From the human T2T-CHM13v2.0 reference genome, Homo sapiens, in NCBI RefSeq assembly GCF_009914755.1, contig NC_060931.1: DNA of 64,000 nt; one strand, written 5' to 3'. Position numbers and translations under genes: made by a program. Below are positions 41,969-56,149 of the stretch, piece after piece (within the stretch, counting starts at the first letter, position 1; each line of letters starts with the position of its first letter). The notes beneath the pieces are model-generated. The model worked only from the letters and a program-made list of their open reading frames with translations, was not told where the DNA came from and searched no databases.

Positions 41969-44900
41969 GCTTGTTACACAGAGTCTGGAAAGCAGCCCTT
42001 CATGTTGGGATTCTGGAATTGGGTCACTGCCGAGTCAGATTTCAATAAGGAAAACATACTTGGTAAGTAGGGTGGTGACAATTGCTAATATGCTTCAACA
42101 TCACATTTCCTGAGACTCCCAGATGTATTACACTGGAATGAGACAGAGATGGAAGAATCAGCACTGATTACAACAATGCTTCTCCAAGTGTAGTCCCTGG
42201 ACCAGCAGCATTAGAACCACCTGGGAACTTGCTAGAAACACACATTCTTTTCACTTCCCTAGACATATGAAATAGAAATTTGAGGGATGGGGCCCAGAAT
42301 CTGCTATTTAAGAAGGCTTCTAAGTGACTCAAATGTATGTTAAAGTTTGAGATCCACTATTATACCGGAATCACTTTGAAATTCTGACAATAGTGAAGGA
42401 CTGGTGAAAATAAGGTGCAGATACTGGGACTGCCTTGGCAAAGTATGAAGGTAAGTGGCTAAACGCTCCAAAAATTGGGCACGTGAGAAAATTGGGCAAA
42501 AGTTGGGCCCATCTGTTAAAAGCAAACAAAAAAGTAACCTGTTTTTTTGAGATAAAAATTTGAGTTAAAAAAACTGGGCCCAGTACCTAATGAACTTATT
42601 ATGTGAGACCAGAAATTGTCTATGTTTCCTAGGTCCTGGGAATTAACTATGTTCCCTACGTGGCCCAGAAGTTATTTCTTTCCCTTAGGCAATTAGAAAT
42701 GGATGCACTAGTGAGGGGGTATCGGCATCTTTGACAGGCTCAATGTAGTTGTCGTGTATAGTATAGGATTGAAGGTAAGAGAAACTACCCTGGAATTAGA
42801 CTTATTATCAATAGACCTGATATGTTCCCATAATAGGCAAAAGCAAGTGATGATACTTACCCATCAGACACAAAGTAGGTGCAATTACCATTATAGCAAG
42901 AAAGAGGTGGCAGTCTTGGTGTTTTAATTTGCAAAGCTCTGTATGATGGCTAATATATTATATTATTTCCAGTGGTGAGAAAGATAGGCTCCTAACTAAG
43001 ATATTGTTTGACTTGTATAACCAGATTTAAAAAATATTAAAACTAAAAAACTTTTGTAACCAAAAAAAATTCTTTAAAAATAAAAGGCTTTCTACCACCA
43101 AGATGAAAAAATCATAATCTCTTGCCGAATTTCTAGATTTGAGCCAAGTGACAAACTCAGGACCTATTGTTCTAAAAGGAGTGTGGCTTTCTCTGAAGAA
43201 GGGCTCTGACAGTCTCACTGCAATCACGTACAACATTATCCAAACCTTCCTCTAAAGGACCTAAAGATATCTTGTGATGTAGACACCCAGATCTTTTGAG
43301 GGTTGTGGCCTACACAGTTTGAGCTGACACTACCTGTGGACCTGACATATCACCATGCCTCCTCAGTTAGAGAACTATAAAGGCCAGATGATAAATGGAG
43401 TTGGGTCCCAAGTTTATTTCATAGTGGTTTCAGTGGGATGGTGGACCCATCCTGTGATCGTTTTTCCGACCCCAAAGTATATAATTGGGGGGATTATACT
43501 GAGCAACAGGCAAAACTCCCACATTGCATCTCTAGTTTGTGGAGTAAGAGCTACTATGATAGTAAAAATATTCAACTGGAAGCCCGTAAAATATCCCTCC
43601 CCCTTGTTCCCACTCAAGATAGTAAATCGGAAGCAAAACTACATGCCAGGAGGAATTACAGAGTTTGGCACAACCCTCAAAGAATTAACAGGGATGGTTT
43701 TCCTCATTGTATCAATGTACATTCCTTCTATTTCATGGCAAGAGAAGTCAAACGGATGTGAAAGAGGATAATGGATTACCCTAAACTTCATAAAGTGTTA
43801 GCCCCAACTGCAGTTGCTGTGCCTTATGTAACATCTTCTCTGGATTATATTAACATAGCATTTTACCCTTGGTGTGTGACATTTGATCTAATAAATCAGT
43901 AAAAATGATCAGAAATAGTTTACACTTATATGGAAAGATCAACAGTCACATTGTTGTCTATGTCTAAAAGCTATGTTAATTGTCCTTCTCTTTGTCACTA
44001 TATAGTCTAGAAAACTTTACTATTTATGTTTTGCAGAAAATCATGCTGACCAACTATATTGATGACATTAGGCTAATTTGACATGGTAGACAAGAAATTC
44101 CAAGTACTGTGAGTATGCTGACAAGATAATGGCAGACTGTTGTAGAGATAAACCCTATAGCAATCTAGGGCCTGCCATATCAACTTGAGTTTTTTTTAGG
44201 GATAAAATGATCTGGAGCATGCCAAGTAAATGAAAGTTATTGGATCTTGAATCTTCTACCACTAAGAAAGAGGCACAGTGCTTTTTGGACCTCTTTGGAT
44301 TTTAGGGAAGTATATTCTATAATTGAAAGTGGCTCTCTGACCTATTCATTATATGACTGTGAAGACTACCTATTTTGAATGAAACTCTGAGGAAGAAAGG
44401 GCTCTGGGGCAGGTCCAGCCTGCAGAGTAACCTTCCCTCCCACTTGGAAATCCTAACAAAATCAAAGATATCCTTGATAGCTAAAGATAGGTAAGTAGGA
44501 ATTCTACAAGAAATCACCAGCATAATGTTATACGAAATATCAGTATGGATCCCTAGAATCTAGAGGGAGAATAGGCTTTCTGTCCCAAAGAACTACTCAC
44601 CATTTGAAAATTAGCTACTTGTATGCTATTGAGCTCTGTCTGAGGTCAAGTAACCATGAAAACAGAGCACTGCATCATTATCTGGGTATTATCCTATCTA
44701 CCAAGTTATGAGGAGTACAAATCCATTTTATGATGGAAATAGTAGACTTGAAATTAGGTCCAAGCTTGCTGGTCCAGAGGGTATAAGTATGTGAATCGAT
44801 AGCTCACTGCCTCAAATCACCTACCTTTGCTGCATTTTTTGCCTCTCACTCAACTTATAGCAATGACCTTTTGGGGATGGGTCCCTTTAATCAGCTTCAA

Positions 44901-45490
44901 AACGGGAAAATTCTCAGGTCTGGTTATTGCATGAATCAGCCTAATATGTTGGACTGCGGCAGCACTACAGCTCCACACATGGGGGTCCCTCGAAGACAGT
45001 GCTGATCGTCTCCAAAGGACAAAGCTAAGTGAAGTGCCATCAGTTGGTAAGAAACGGCACATATGCTCATCAACTTTGTATGAAAAGGGAATTAACCTGA
45101 CATAAATGTGTATACAGACTCCTAAGCAGTATTTAATCAACTGGCAGGTCTAACTGGAGCCTGCAAATAACAAGATGGAAAATCAGAGCCAAAGTGGTTT
45201 CAGGAAGAGGCATAAAGATAGACTTATGAAGGTCAGCAGAAAGTCTGTGGATCTTTGTGTCTCATATCAGCACACACTAGAGAGGACTGTCAGCAAAAGA
45301 GGTATTCATCAACAAGTAAGAAATATGACTCATCTGTCTGGTGTGTGCCAGTCTCAGCCAACCCTGTGCAATGACTCCAAAGTCAGAGGCAGGAATGGGT
45401 TCTATGTACAGTCCAATAATATGGGCTTCTTCTCACCAAGTATGATCCAGCTAAAAGCTGCCAAATAGCTAACCTGTCATCGACAGAATA
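41969..45490 (+). mobile_element. ERVL internal region (ERV3-16A3_I-like), degraded gag-pro-pol
   Basis: ORF 43355-43771 HPVIVFP..IIG..IL..QNSHIASL.CGVRA..WKP matches the ERVL protease/RT junction; RT YIDD at 44055-44066. Confidence 0.85.
42174..42360. mobile_element. MER5A hAT MITE inside the ERVL
   Basis: ccctggaccagcagcattagaaccacctgggaacttg...aagtttgagatccact. Confidence 0.85.
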
Positions 45491-45492
45491 AA

Positions 45493-46596
45493 GTTACCTT
45501 TATCCAAAAATGAAACAAAGATAATGTTCATGGGACAGAAATAGCTTTGGAAAAACAATTGACTGAAATGCCAACTGCAAGTGACTTTTGAAATGATATT
45601 TGTTCTAAATGCGGAAAATTGAAGGCTTCCTCTACATGTGAATAAGTAAGTCTTGGCAGTATTACTTGGCAGTACTACTGCTGGAGATTTTTCTAGACCA
45701 ACGCTTTATGGTTGGGCTCTGCTGGCCTTCGAACTTTGCCTTGATGGCTGTCAGATGATTTCTGACACAAGCAAATCCAAACTATCAGAGAATCATTTCA
45801 CCCTGGTTCACAAAGCTGCACACCTCTAGCTGTAATCTCATGTGAATGATGGCACTGAACTTGAAAGTTTTGTATGCAAGAAGGTTAATGAGAAAATTGA
45901 AACTCCAAAAAATCTTGTTTGGAGAGCTGGTAGTGACAACACCCGATTTTGCTTTACTACAGTATACAAGCTGGATTATAGATCTTCTGCATTTGGTAGA
46001 GTAACTCATGCCAGTCTGAATGCACACGGGTATACTGAAACCTTTCCATCAGGAGTCAAAGTGATCCTGTCAGCTTAAACTGATGGGAAAAACTTCCATG
46101 CAGAAGGTTATAAGGTCGGGTTAAGATTTGAACTGGAAGCTTAATGGATTTTGAGTAAAGCATTGCATTCGACCCTGCAGGTTAAGAGAAATGAACCCAC
46201 AGTATATTGGCCTTAAAATTCTGTAGTATTTCAAATGGGAAAAGTTTTTAGTCTGTAAAATAACTATAGTTCTCCCCGTAATGAAGTCTTGGGATGGCAA
46301 GTCAATTCTAGAAGACACACTTGAAAGCACACATGGCAACTGTAATATTTGTGACATGTTTCACTTCAGTTCCTCAGTGTTATTTTATATGTGTTCAAAT
46401 GACAGTATAGAATCATGTTGTAAAGGAAATGACCCAATTTGCCACTTTGAACTTCATGTACTTCAGTTTTCATGATCTTTAAATATATTGTTGTTTGTAC
46501 TATAGTTGAATTTAAGTTACTATATTTGAATTTAATTTTGTACCAAAATAAAATAAATACATCACATTTGGGTCACAGTTGCCCATAAAAATATAA
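45493..46596 (+). pseudogene. Processed, 5'-truncated VDAC3 pseudogene (C-terminal ~75% of CDS plus 3'UTR)
   Basis: VTFIQK*NKDN..GTEI, GKLKAS, VNDGTE..KVNEKIET..AGSDNTRF, DGKNF..G.KVGL.FELEA* (stop 46142-46144) match VDAC3; no introns; VDAC3-like 3'UTR (gagaaatgaacccac, aaaataaaataaa..catcacatttgg); stops and frameshifts. Confidence 0.93.
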
Positions 46597-46599
46597 TTC

Positions 46600-47750
46600 A
46601 GACATGTCTTATTCTGGCCAAGATGTAGCAACAGGTACCAAAATTGCCTGTAGCCTGAAATAACTAAATACCATAAATAAATACATAAATAAATAAATAA
46701 TAAAATGATACTGATCAGTCTATATGTGTGAAGAAACTTAGCTAAAGCCAACAAATGGACTGCTTGATGTGATTAAAGGGAATGATCTCTGGGAATTTCA
46801 CAGGGCTGGAAGTATTTCTGTTTCAAGCAGCTAGAGATCAAAACTTCATCAAACCCATGGGGCATAGGATAAGCACCCAGAGAATTTTGCCTCAGGAGTA
46901 GGGAGAATTAGCTGCATGCTAAACACTGTTGCATTTCTAATGAAAAAATATAAAATAAAAACAAAACCCAAAAAGATAAAACTGTTTTAATGTAATATAA
47001 CCATAGTGCAGAGCAACACTAACAAATTAACACCTAACAATGTACAATTTCCAATGTTTAGTATCCAATACAAAAATTATTAGGATTCAAGAAACTAGGG
47101 AAATACAATCTATAATGAGTAGAAAAATCGATTATTTGAAACTGATCCATTAAATGGAACAGATGAAAGAGTAAGCATAGAAGGATATAATGACAGTTAT
47201 AATTGTATTCTATGCATTCAAGAATCTAGAAGATATGTTGAACCTGTTAAATAGATACATATGATACATGAAAGACCTAAATTCAATTTCTAGAGGTAAA
47301 ATTACAATGTCTGAAATAAACAATACACTGGACCTGCTTAATGGAATATTGGGACATATTAGACATACATAGAAAAAGTTTAGTGAACTTGAAGGCACAG
47401 CAGTAGAAACTATCCCAAATGAAACCCGGAAAGAAAAGTGAATTAAAAAAAAAAAACAAAAAAACGAACAAAAACAGTGGATTGGTGAATAGCAACAATT
47501 TGAAGCACCCCAACATACATGTAATTAACATTCCCAAAGCAGAGAAGAGAGGGGGGAAGGCAGAAAAAATGTAAGAATACTTATAAAAACATTTATTTCC
47601 AATTTTAATAAATGTTATAAACCCACAGATCTAGGATGCTCAACGAATCCCAGTCACGATAAACATGAAGATCTATACCAAGTCACATAGTAATGAAATT
47701 GCTTAATACCAGTGATGAAGAGAAAAACTTGCAAGCAACAGAGGAAAATA

Positions 47751-47793
<43 letters not shown>

Positions 47794-48240
47794 TACCCCA
47801 CATGCCAAGGACCAAAAATTAGGATTGCACCAGATATCCTGTTGGAATCATTGCAAACCAGCAAACAGTGGAACAATATTTTTAATGTGCTGAAAGAGAA
47901 ATATTGCCAACTTAGAATTCTAGACTCATTTCAAAAATTAAGACAAAATTAAAAAGAAAAATGGACATCAAAGGTAAAATAATTCATTACCAGAAAAAAG
48001 AAATGTCAAAATCATTTTTGGGGGACAGAAGGAAAATGATACTAGATGAAAATCTGGATCCACACAAAGCAATGGAAAATGCTGGTAATTACCTAGAAAA
48101 ATGAAATTGACTGTTTTCTTAATATTTAAATATTTTTGAAATAAAATAGATGAAGGACAAATAATGGAGTGTAGGGTTTATAACACAGGAAAATGTAAAA
48201 TGTATGGCAACAATAGTACAAAGGTTAGGATGGAAGACAT
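46600..48240 (+). mobile_element. Ancient L1M (MC/MD-like) 5'UTR-ORF1 region with (CA)n at about 47753-47790
   Basis: ttctggccaagatg start; ORF1-like ttagtgaacttgaag, tagaaactatcc, aaacccacagatc. Confidence 0.7.
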
Positions 48241-48242
48241 GA

Positions 48243-48380
48243 ATTCACCCTTAGAGTCTTGGAAGGAGCATGGCCTTGCTTAATTTCATACCTCTAGCCT
48301 CCAGAACTGTGAAAGAATAAATTTCTGTTGTTTTAAGTCACTAAATTTGTGGGAATTTTTAATGGTAGCCTCAGGAAACG
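48243..48380 (+). mobile_element. MLT1 LTR 3' fragment
   Basis: ctagcctccagaactgtgaaagaataaatttctgttgttttaag. Confidence 0.8.
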
Positions 48381-48927
48381 TGGAATGCGTGTTTCAAAGT
48401 AGTGGTTAATTTTTTCCATATACGTCTCTATTTTGTCGAAAGTTTCTAAAATCATTTTGCTTATTTTTCGTTTTCTATTGTTAAAAAGTTCATTTACAAA
48501 CTTTTATTCCACTTACATTTATTTAATTAACTTGTTCTTCACAATTATGCTTAGATTACTTAAAAATCTTAAATAGGATATTAGACAAAGGTCATCATCT
48601 CAAGGTATTTCCCTGTCAATTATTTTTACAGTATCTGCATGTTAGGCAAGGATCACAAAAGTAAGAATGTAGAAAGTTGAATAATTGGGGTTTTGTTTTA
48701 TTGTCGTGCTTTATATACATACATCGATGGACACTGCACTTGTGCATTTGTTCTTAGGTTGAACCCATTATCTTAGGATTTTAAACGTCTAATGGAGAGA
48801 GAAATCGTGTGTTTGCCTTCTGTATAATTCTGACAACTCTGAAGGCATGACCATTTTAATTAACTAACAATATTCTTATTTATCGAAGTTTACTGAAGTA
48901 ACATGAACTTGAAAAACATTTAGTTTA

Positions 48928-49470
48928 TGTGATAGTTAATATTGTGTCAACTTGATTGGACTGAAGGATGCAAAGTATTGTTTCTGGGTGTGTCTGTGAG
49001 GGTGTTGCCAGAGGAGATTAACACTGGCGTCAATAGACTGGTAGACGAACACCCACCTTCAGTGTGGGTGCGCACCATCCAATTGGCTGCCAGTGTGGCT
49101 AGAACAAAACGGGTGGAAGAAGGTGGGATAAGCTGGCTTTCTGAGTCTTCCGGCTTTCATCTTTCTCCCATGCTGGATACTTCCTGCTCTTGAACATCAG
49201 ACACCAGGTTCCTTGAGCTTTGGACTCTTGGTTTGCCTGGGGCTCTCAGGCCTTCGGCCACAGACTGAAGGCTGCACTGTCAACTTCTCTACTTTTGAGG
49301 CTTTGGGACTCAGACTGAGCTACTCCTAGCTTCCTGGCTCTTCAGCTGCAGATGGCCTATTGTGAGACTTCAACTTGTGATTGTGTGAGTCACTTCTCCT
49401 TAATAAACTCCCTTTCATATATACATGTATCCTAGTAGTTCTCTCCCTTTGGAGAACCCTGACTAATACA
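48928..49470 (+). mobile_element. MLT2A2-like (HERV-L) solo LTR
   Basis: tgtgatagttaatattgtgtcaacttg...ccctgactaataca; TSD gttta/gatta. Confidence 0.9.
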
Positions 49471-50225
49471 GATTAGTTTGCATTTTTCTTTCTTTTTAAA
49501 ATCTATTTTGGCCTTTATTAAATGAGAAATAAATTTTTATAATATTTGGACCACCATACATCTGAAGTGTTTTTACAGCAGCTAGCATCATGTTAATATA
49601 AACGCTATATCTGGCCCTATTACATTGGATACCAAGTCCTTAAGTGATGCTTCTTTTTTTTTGGTGTTTTTAAGTTTTTATCTTTTTCAACTTTTTTTTT
49701 AGATTCAGCAGGGTACATAAGTGACATTTATGCGGATTCAATTATGGTAAATATAGCATGCTAGGGTGATTTCATTTTACCTGCGGGGGATTGTGGAACG
49801 TTGCAGATTCAGAAATACTAACTAATAGTGCAAGCAAGGCAATCTCAAACTGTTCTGGAGATTAACACAATTCTTAGGGAATTCATGTAGCTCTCTAAGT
49901 AATATCAGAGTCCAGCAATCAAACAATAGTTTACCCTGCAATAAAGAGCACAAAGGCAGACGATTCAAGAGCAAATGAAACTTGAAGTATCTGGGGAAAG
50001 AGACTAGAAACTGTATACTTACCTGGGCTTTGATATGACAAGCTTTTTTCTTTGCTTCAAGAATGATTTAGAGTCACTTTACTCAAGCCTGAGAGAATCT
50101 CAAAAATAAACTTTAGAGATTAAGAATAGGTGGATAAAAGAAAAAGCAGAATCTAGTTTCAGCTAGTTTAAATTACCTTATACTTTGTTCTAAATTACTT
50201 ATCTAATATTTAAATAAGTGGTTTA

Positions 50226-50522
<297 letters not shown>

Positions 50523-51959
50523 AATAAGTGGCTTAATAGTCTAAATGTTTTGCTTTGCTATTCTAACACAAAATTCCACTTGTATGGGAAACATCTAAAT
50601 AGGATGGAAAGATTTGAAACATGAAACAAAACCCAAGGCATCTCCATGAATCTGTTGACTGAAAACCAAAATCCGGATCAACACATCTACAAGGTAATAG
50701 CCTCTGGAGCACTGGCTTTACACATTCAAGTCTGTTGTTGGTAAATATTACAACCAACTCCAAGTAGTTTATAAACTAAGAAATATAAAATGCAGTCATT
50801 GTCCTCTGGGAAAAAAAAATCTAGGAACACTGGGAATTGAGTTTTCTGCATGACTTTGATACATTGCATATTAATGTGATTTTGATAAGGAATTTCAGGA
50901 AAGAAAAAAATTACAGGCCACTTTGTTAACCTGGCATTCATTTACCTCATGAAAAATTCATGAAATTATAATACGCAAGTAAATTCTAAGTAACTCTTAG
51001 ATTAATTTAAGTTGATTAATCCTAGATTCACTCAATTCTAAAATCTTTTCACGTGAAATATGTCTCATATACATGTCATATTCTCTTCCATATTAAGCTA
51101 AATTACTTTAATTTATGTAAATCCAGATGTGTTTGAAGTGTGATTGAGGCCATATATTTTAATTCAGAGGATGATTTTTGGCACTTAGTCCTATGTAAGA
51201 TATTTTCTGATGTGCCAGGTAAAGGATACATGATGAGAAAATTTCAATTATGTCCATTTCTCCCTATTGAATTTTATCTTCACATTCCATTTATTAGCAC
51301 AGGCATTGAATGGAAATGAATTTCAGAAAATAATTAAATATTTTATTTCACGTCAGCTTTTCATATCACGCTTCCTCCTTGTTGACAATAGTCTTCAGAT
51401 GCAAATGTGCATGTGTAATCCAGAAATTAGCTGTCATCACTACCTGTAAAGGTTTAGATCACATTATTTACGTTACTTTCTCTACATTTCTGAGAAATCT
51501 CAGGAGGACTTTGCATCATCGTGGTCCCTTCTGGCTCTATTTTCCTGCTTCTGCTTAACTTGCTTAGGTAATAGATTATCTTGCTTTTCTCCATCTGCAG
51601 TTTCTATTTGGCCTCACATGGACCCAGATGTGGAACTGGGACCATTTTTTAAATGTTCACAAAAATAACCTTTCCCATTTAATGTTTGCAATTACTTTTG
51701 CACCAACCAATAAGTGTGAATTGCCTCATGCAGGATTCAGCTGAGGGGAGGAGGCAGGGGTCACATCTTTCAAACACTAACATCTTTGTAATGAAAGTTG
51801 AGCATCCTGTCCCTCAGCAAGCGGGTATTTGTTTCTTTCTGTCTGCGAAATGCCCTTTAACAAGTTTTTGTCTGCCCTTTATCATATCTCTCTTCTCCAC
51901 ATTCTTCAGCCCTTCTCACACAACCAAGTAAAAGGTTGCATTTTCATATTTGGACCCAG

Positions 51960-52745
51960 GGAATGGCTTGAGATGTTCTAAGTTTAGGAGGTTTGTAAAG
52001 TCATTAGACTGGCATAAACATAAATGATGACAGAAGAAAATCCAGCACTTCAATATATGGAAGACAGGAGCCAGCAACGGAGACAGAAAAAGTAAACATG
52101 GACGTAAAATGAAACCTAGTAAAGTATGAAATCACAAAATTCAGTGGAAGGAAAAATGCAAATAAGAAGGAAGTGATAACAGTATCAAATGGCAGCAGTG
52201 GATTGCATAAGAAGAGAACTGAGAATTGATAATTCGATATGAAAAAAAGGTCATTGATAACCTTGTCACAACCAGTTTTAATAAAATGTTTTAAATACAA
52301 TTTTAGGATTAGATTTAGGAGAAATTTGGAGGTGAGAAACTGGAGATAAAAAGGTTTGTTGTAATAAAGTTCTTCATTAGGAAAAGTTTAACTAAAGAAT
52401 GATATAGTGTCTGGGAGACCCTGTAAGATGGTAATAATTTCAGGATGATGGTAGGCTGATGGTAATGGTAGATCAGTCAAGGAAAATGTATGATGCAAAT
52501 GAAAGAATTAGAAGAGAAAAAGATGTGTGCTATAGCTCAGACTCTGTGGAGGGGTTGGTTTTAGATAGAAACAGAGAAAGTTTATCTGTTTTGACCAGAA
52601 TGAAAGGCAAAATGTAGTGATAGATATAGACAAGTCTATGGACTGTGACATGGGATATTTCCTGTTTGATCACTTAACATTTTCTCAGTGAAAAAATACA
52701 AAAATTTTTCTTTTGAGATTGGAGATGGGAGATGAAATGATTCTC
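51960..52745 (-). mobile_element. Degenerate L2
   Basis: ggtcattgataaccttg, ggaggtgagaaactggaga. Confidence 0.6.
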
Positions 52746-53994
52746 AAATAGCTTGCTCTGGTAGAAATTGTTAGCTGTAAAGTGTGTAGTAGCAACTTAT
52801 CTGTATGACACCCTCAACAGTGTTAGGTATTTAAAATGATTTTTCAAAACTGTATCTCATTGTCAATTAAATTTGCATGTTTTTGATAATCTGCAAGTGA
52901 ACTCTCTTTTTTTAAATTACATATCCTCATTTAACAAAATCAATATGGAGCACTAGAAGTAGGAAATGACTAATTTAATCCAAGATATTCTCAAGAAATT
53001 TGTATTTGTTTTAGGTTCTTTGCATTATTGGTAACTGTGTCTGCTGTGCTTTGGAATAAGGTCCAAGATTTGAAAATGACTTTGGAACTCTCTCAAGAAA
53101 TCCCTTATCCAAGAAATACGGATAAATAGCCATGTGGAGATGATCAACATCAGGAGTATGGTTGTACAACCAGAGCTGATGAATAAACTTTTAGGTATTC
53201 CTAGTTTTCTTTTTCAATAATATAAATACATTTTAAACAATTTATGTGTGCTTCCATCTCTACTCCATATACTTACAGAACTAATATAAAGATATTTAGC
53301 TACACAGCCAAATGCCAAAGTCATAACTAGTTTATCCATCTAATTGTTAGTGGACATGGAATTCATTTTCCTCTAATTTTGTTGTTGTTGTTATTGTTGC
53401 TCTATTTAAATTATGAGACAGAAATCAGTGGAAGTGTAATTAAAGCTGAATAAATGTACAGGTTTCTTTCTACTCCATCACTATTTACTGGTTCAATAAT
53501 GGATTTGCATGGTGTTTAAAAAATCAATTCCCTGAGGACAAGGTTATAAAATTTAGATTGAGCGAACACTATCAGAGGTCAAATTTCTCATAGTTAGGTG
53601 GTTAGCTGAGGTGTATGTTGGCAAAATAACATCTGTAAGTATGAAATTAAGTATTCTTTGCCAGAGATAATATTGCTCAAAGTAGCTTTGCCAAAATATT
53701 TTTGGAATTAAAGGTGTGTTCTCATCAAAGATGTGGTTACTTAGGTTTATAAACATTACAATTCAAGATTTCAAGGTTCAACTGTGGTTTATCTACTGCA
53801 TACCTACCTCTACCATGAGGGATAAGTTTAACCTGTGCACTGGGTTAAAGGGATGTAAATGAAATAACTCTAGGAATATTGTCAACTTTTTTAGACATGC
53901 ATTACTAATGAATCTATTCTTCTTTAATAAACCAGAACTAAGATAATTTTCCATAACAATTTTCTCTTTAAAGCAGAATACACAGATGTTCATT

Positions 53995-54065
53995 ATGTAC
54001 ATGTAGGTGTACGTGTATATAGATAGATGTAGATGTAGATAGTTACAGATATATAGATAGATGTG
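53995..54065. repeat. (TAGA)/(TAGATG)-like simple repeat
   Basis: Direct observation. Confidence 0.8.
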
Positions 54066-55173
54066 GTCCTACTCCCCAAAGTAGTCTTAGAGCTTTTACT
54101 TGGGAGTTCATGTTATTGATTAACAAAATTTTAAATTTAATATCTTGCTAGATTTGCAACCTTCAAGTCTCAATGAACTCCTTTCCATTTTGACTCTCAT
54201 ATTGAGTCCATTTTCAAGCTCTATCAATTAATCTTTCCTTTTCCTAATCATTTACATTTATTTGTTCCTACCTATTTTCTTACCCCATCTTGGTTTAGAT
54301 CATTTCCTCCTTACCCTTGGATTATTGAAATAGTCTCCTTTTCTCTCCTCTTTGTCACACAAACTTATTTTCCCAAATTGATGGTTAGGTGAGCCATATG
54401 GCTGATCAGCAGCCATTGAAATGTAAGGAGCAGTAATGTCTGTTACCCCAGCTCATATCCTCTATATGCTTTGTTGTAATGTATGGGTTCTCTGAGACGG
54501 AAAAAGTATTTGACAAACTCATCTTTGAATATAAAACTTCATGATGATCAATGGTAACTCATTTTGACTATCTCATCAAAAGCATGTCTTATCAACTTTT
54601 GTTGTTTTTTCCTCCCAAACAATTCTCAAGGTAAATTATTTTTCTTCGTATTTTTCCATATTAGAGTTAATCTCATCCCAGATTATATCTGAGGCAGAAG
54701 GTGGGGAGCAAAAAACCACAATGCTTTCAGAATGTGATTTCCCAGATATATAATAGCAGCTCTGAGACAAAATCAGATTGTGGCGTTTGTCTACATACAG
54801 AGTAACAGAGTTCTTAGATTCATATCTTGGAAGTAGAGTATAAATAACATGTATGACACAGAGTTAGATGTTTCAAATACAATTATTAGGTAAATAATTA
54901 GCTGATTTTTTCTCATGGGTTCATGCAAAAGTGGACCAATTCTACTCTAAAGGCTCTCCTGCCATATTTGTAAATAAAGCCATAAAAACCAGTCTCTCTG
55001 TTCTTTGGTAGCCATTAATATTGTTTCAAAAGGAGATGGGTTTATTTCTTTTTGGAGTGGAGTAAGTTCCCTCCATCACCTTCTGTGACTCCTCTATCTT
55101 GTCTTCCTCACAATCCTACTCTCCTTTATAAAAGGGGATCCCAAATTGTCATTTGTTCCAGACAGTTTTGGAA

Positions 55174-55250
55174 CATTTTTGTAGAGACAGGGTCTCGCTA
55201 TGTTGCCCAAGCTGGTCTCGAACTCCTGGGCTCAAGTGATCCTGCCTCGT
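55174..55250 (-). mobile_element. FLAM/AluJ monomer fragment
   Basis: tttttgtagagacagggtctcgctatgttgcccaagctgg...gggctcaagtgatcc. Confidence 0.85.
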
Positions 55251-55384
55251 CTCATAACTTTTGATATGTATTTCTTTGTTAAACTTTAAACATCTCTGGG
55301 AAACAATATAAAATTTATTTTCACTCTATTTTGTAAAAGTATGTTGAGGTCTCATAAATTTTAAATGACTTCTCAAGTGATGCA

Positions 55385-55845
55385 AATGGCATTTTCTCTC
55401 TGCTATCTTCCTCCTGAAAACATATAACCCCTGTCTAATCATTAAACAACATGAGACAAACCCCAATTGAGGGACAGTCTACAAAATATCTGCCCAGAAC
55501 ACTTCAAAACTGTCAAGGTCATCAAAAACAAAGGAAGTCTGAGAAACCGTCATAGCCAAGAGGAGCCTACGGAGATGTGACGACCAAACATAATACGCTA
55601 TCCTAAATGTGATCCCAAAACAGAAAAAGCACATTAGGCAAAAACTAAAGAAGTCAGAATAAAATATAAACTTTAATAATAATGTATCAGCGTTGGTCCA
55701 TTAATTGTGACAAATGTACCGTATCAATGTAAGATTTTAGTAATAGAGTAAACTTGGTGTGGGGTACATGGGAACTCTCTATGTTGTCTTCACAATTATT
55801 CTGTAAGTGTAAAACTGTTCTAAAACTAAAAGTTTATTTTAAACA
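55385..55845 (+). mobile_element. L1MD-like 3'UTR
   Basis: aaaactgtcaaggtcatcaaaaac...gccaagaggagccta...gggaactctct. Confidence 0.75.
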
Positions 55846-56149
55846 ATTAAAAGATTGGTTACTTTAAATTCAAAATTTAAGTCCAATGTATCTGTAAATT
55901 CCATATTTTTCTGCTATATTATGTTGTTTCATTTCTTTTGCCACTGAAAAGGAATTTTTTATTGTTGTTAAGTTTAATTTATTGTGAATGGAGAAACAGG
56001 ACTGAAGTGAACAATCACACAGACTAAATTATAAAGTCAGAGTACATAAATTGTACTCAATTTATGTACTTCACCCAATTATCATAAGTTTTTACATTAG
56101 GCTTTATCTCCATTAAAAAATTAATATAAACATCTATGCATTTGGTTAT

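Noticed and set aside
43355-43771. 138-aa ERVL pro/pol ORF as a domesticated gene
   Set aside because: The protease active-site region upstream is degraded and the surrounding pol has many stops and frameshifts.
45842-46078. 78-aa VDAC-like ORF as a functional gene
   Set aside because: Starts at GTG, is an internal fragment of a decayed retrocopy and ends at a premature stop.
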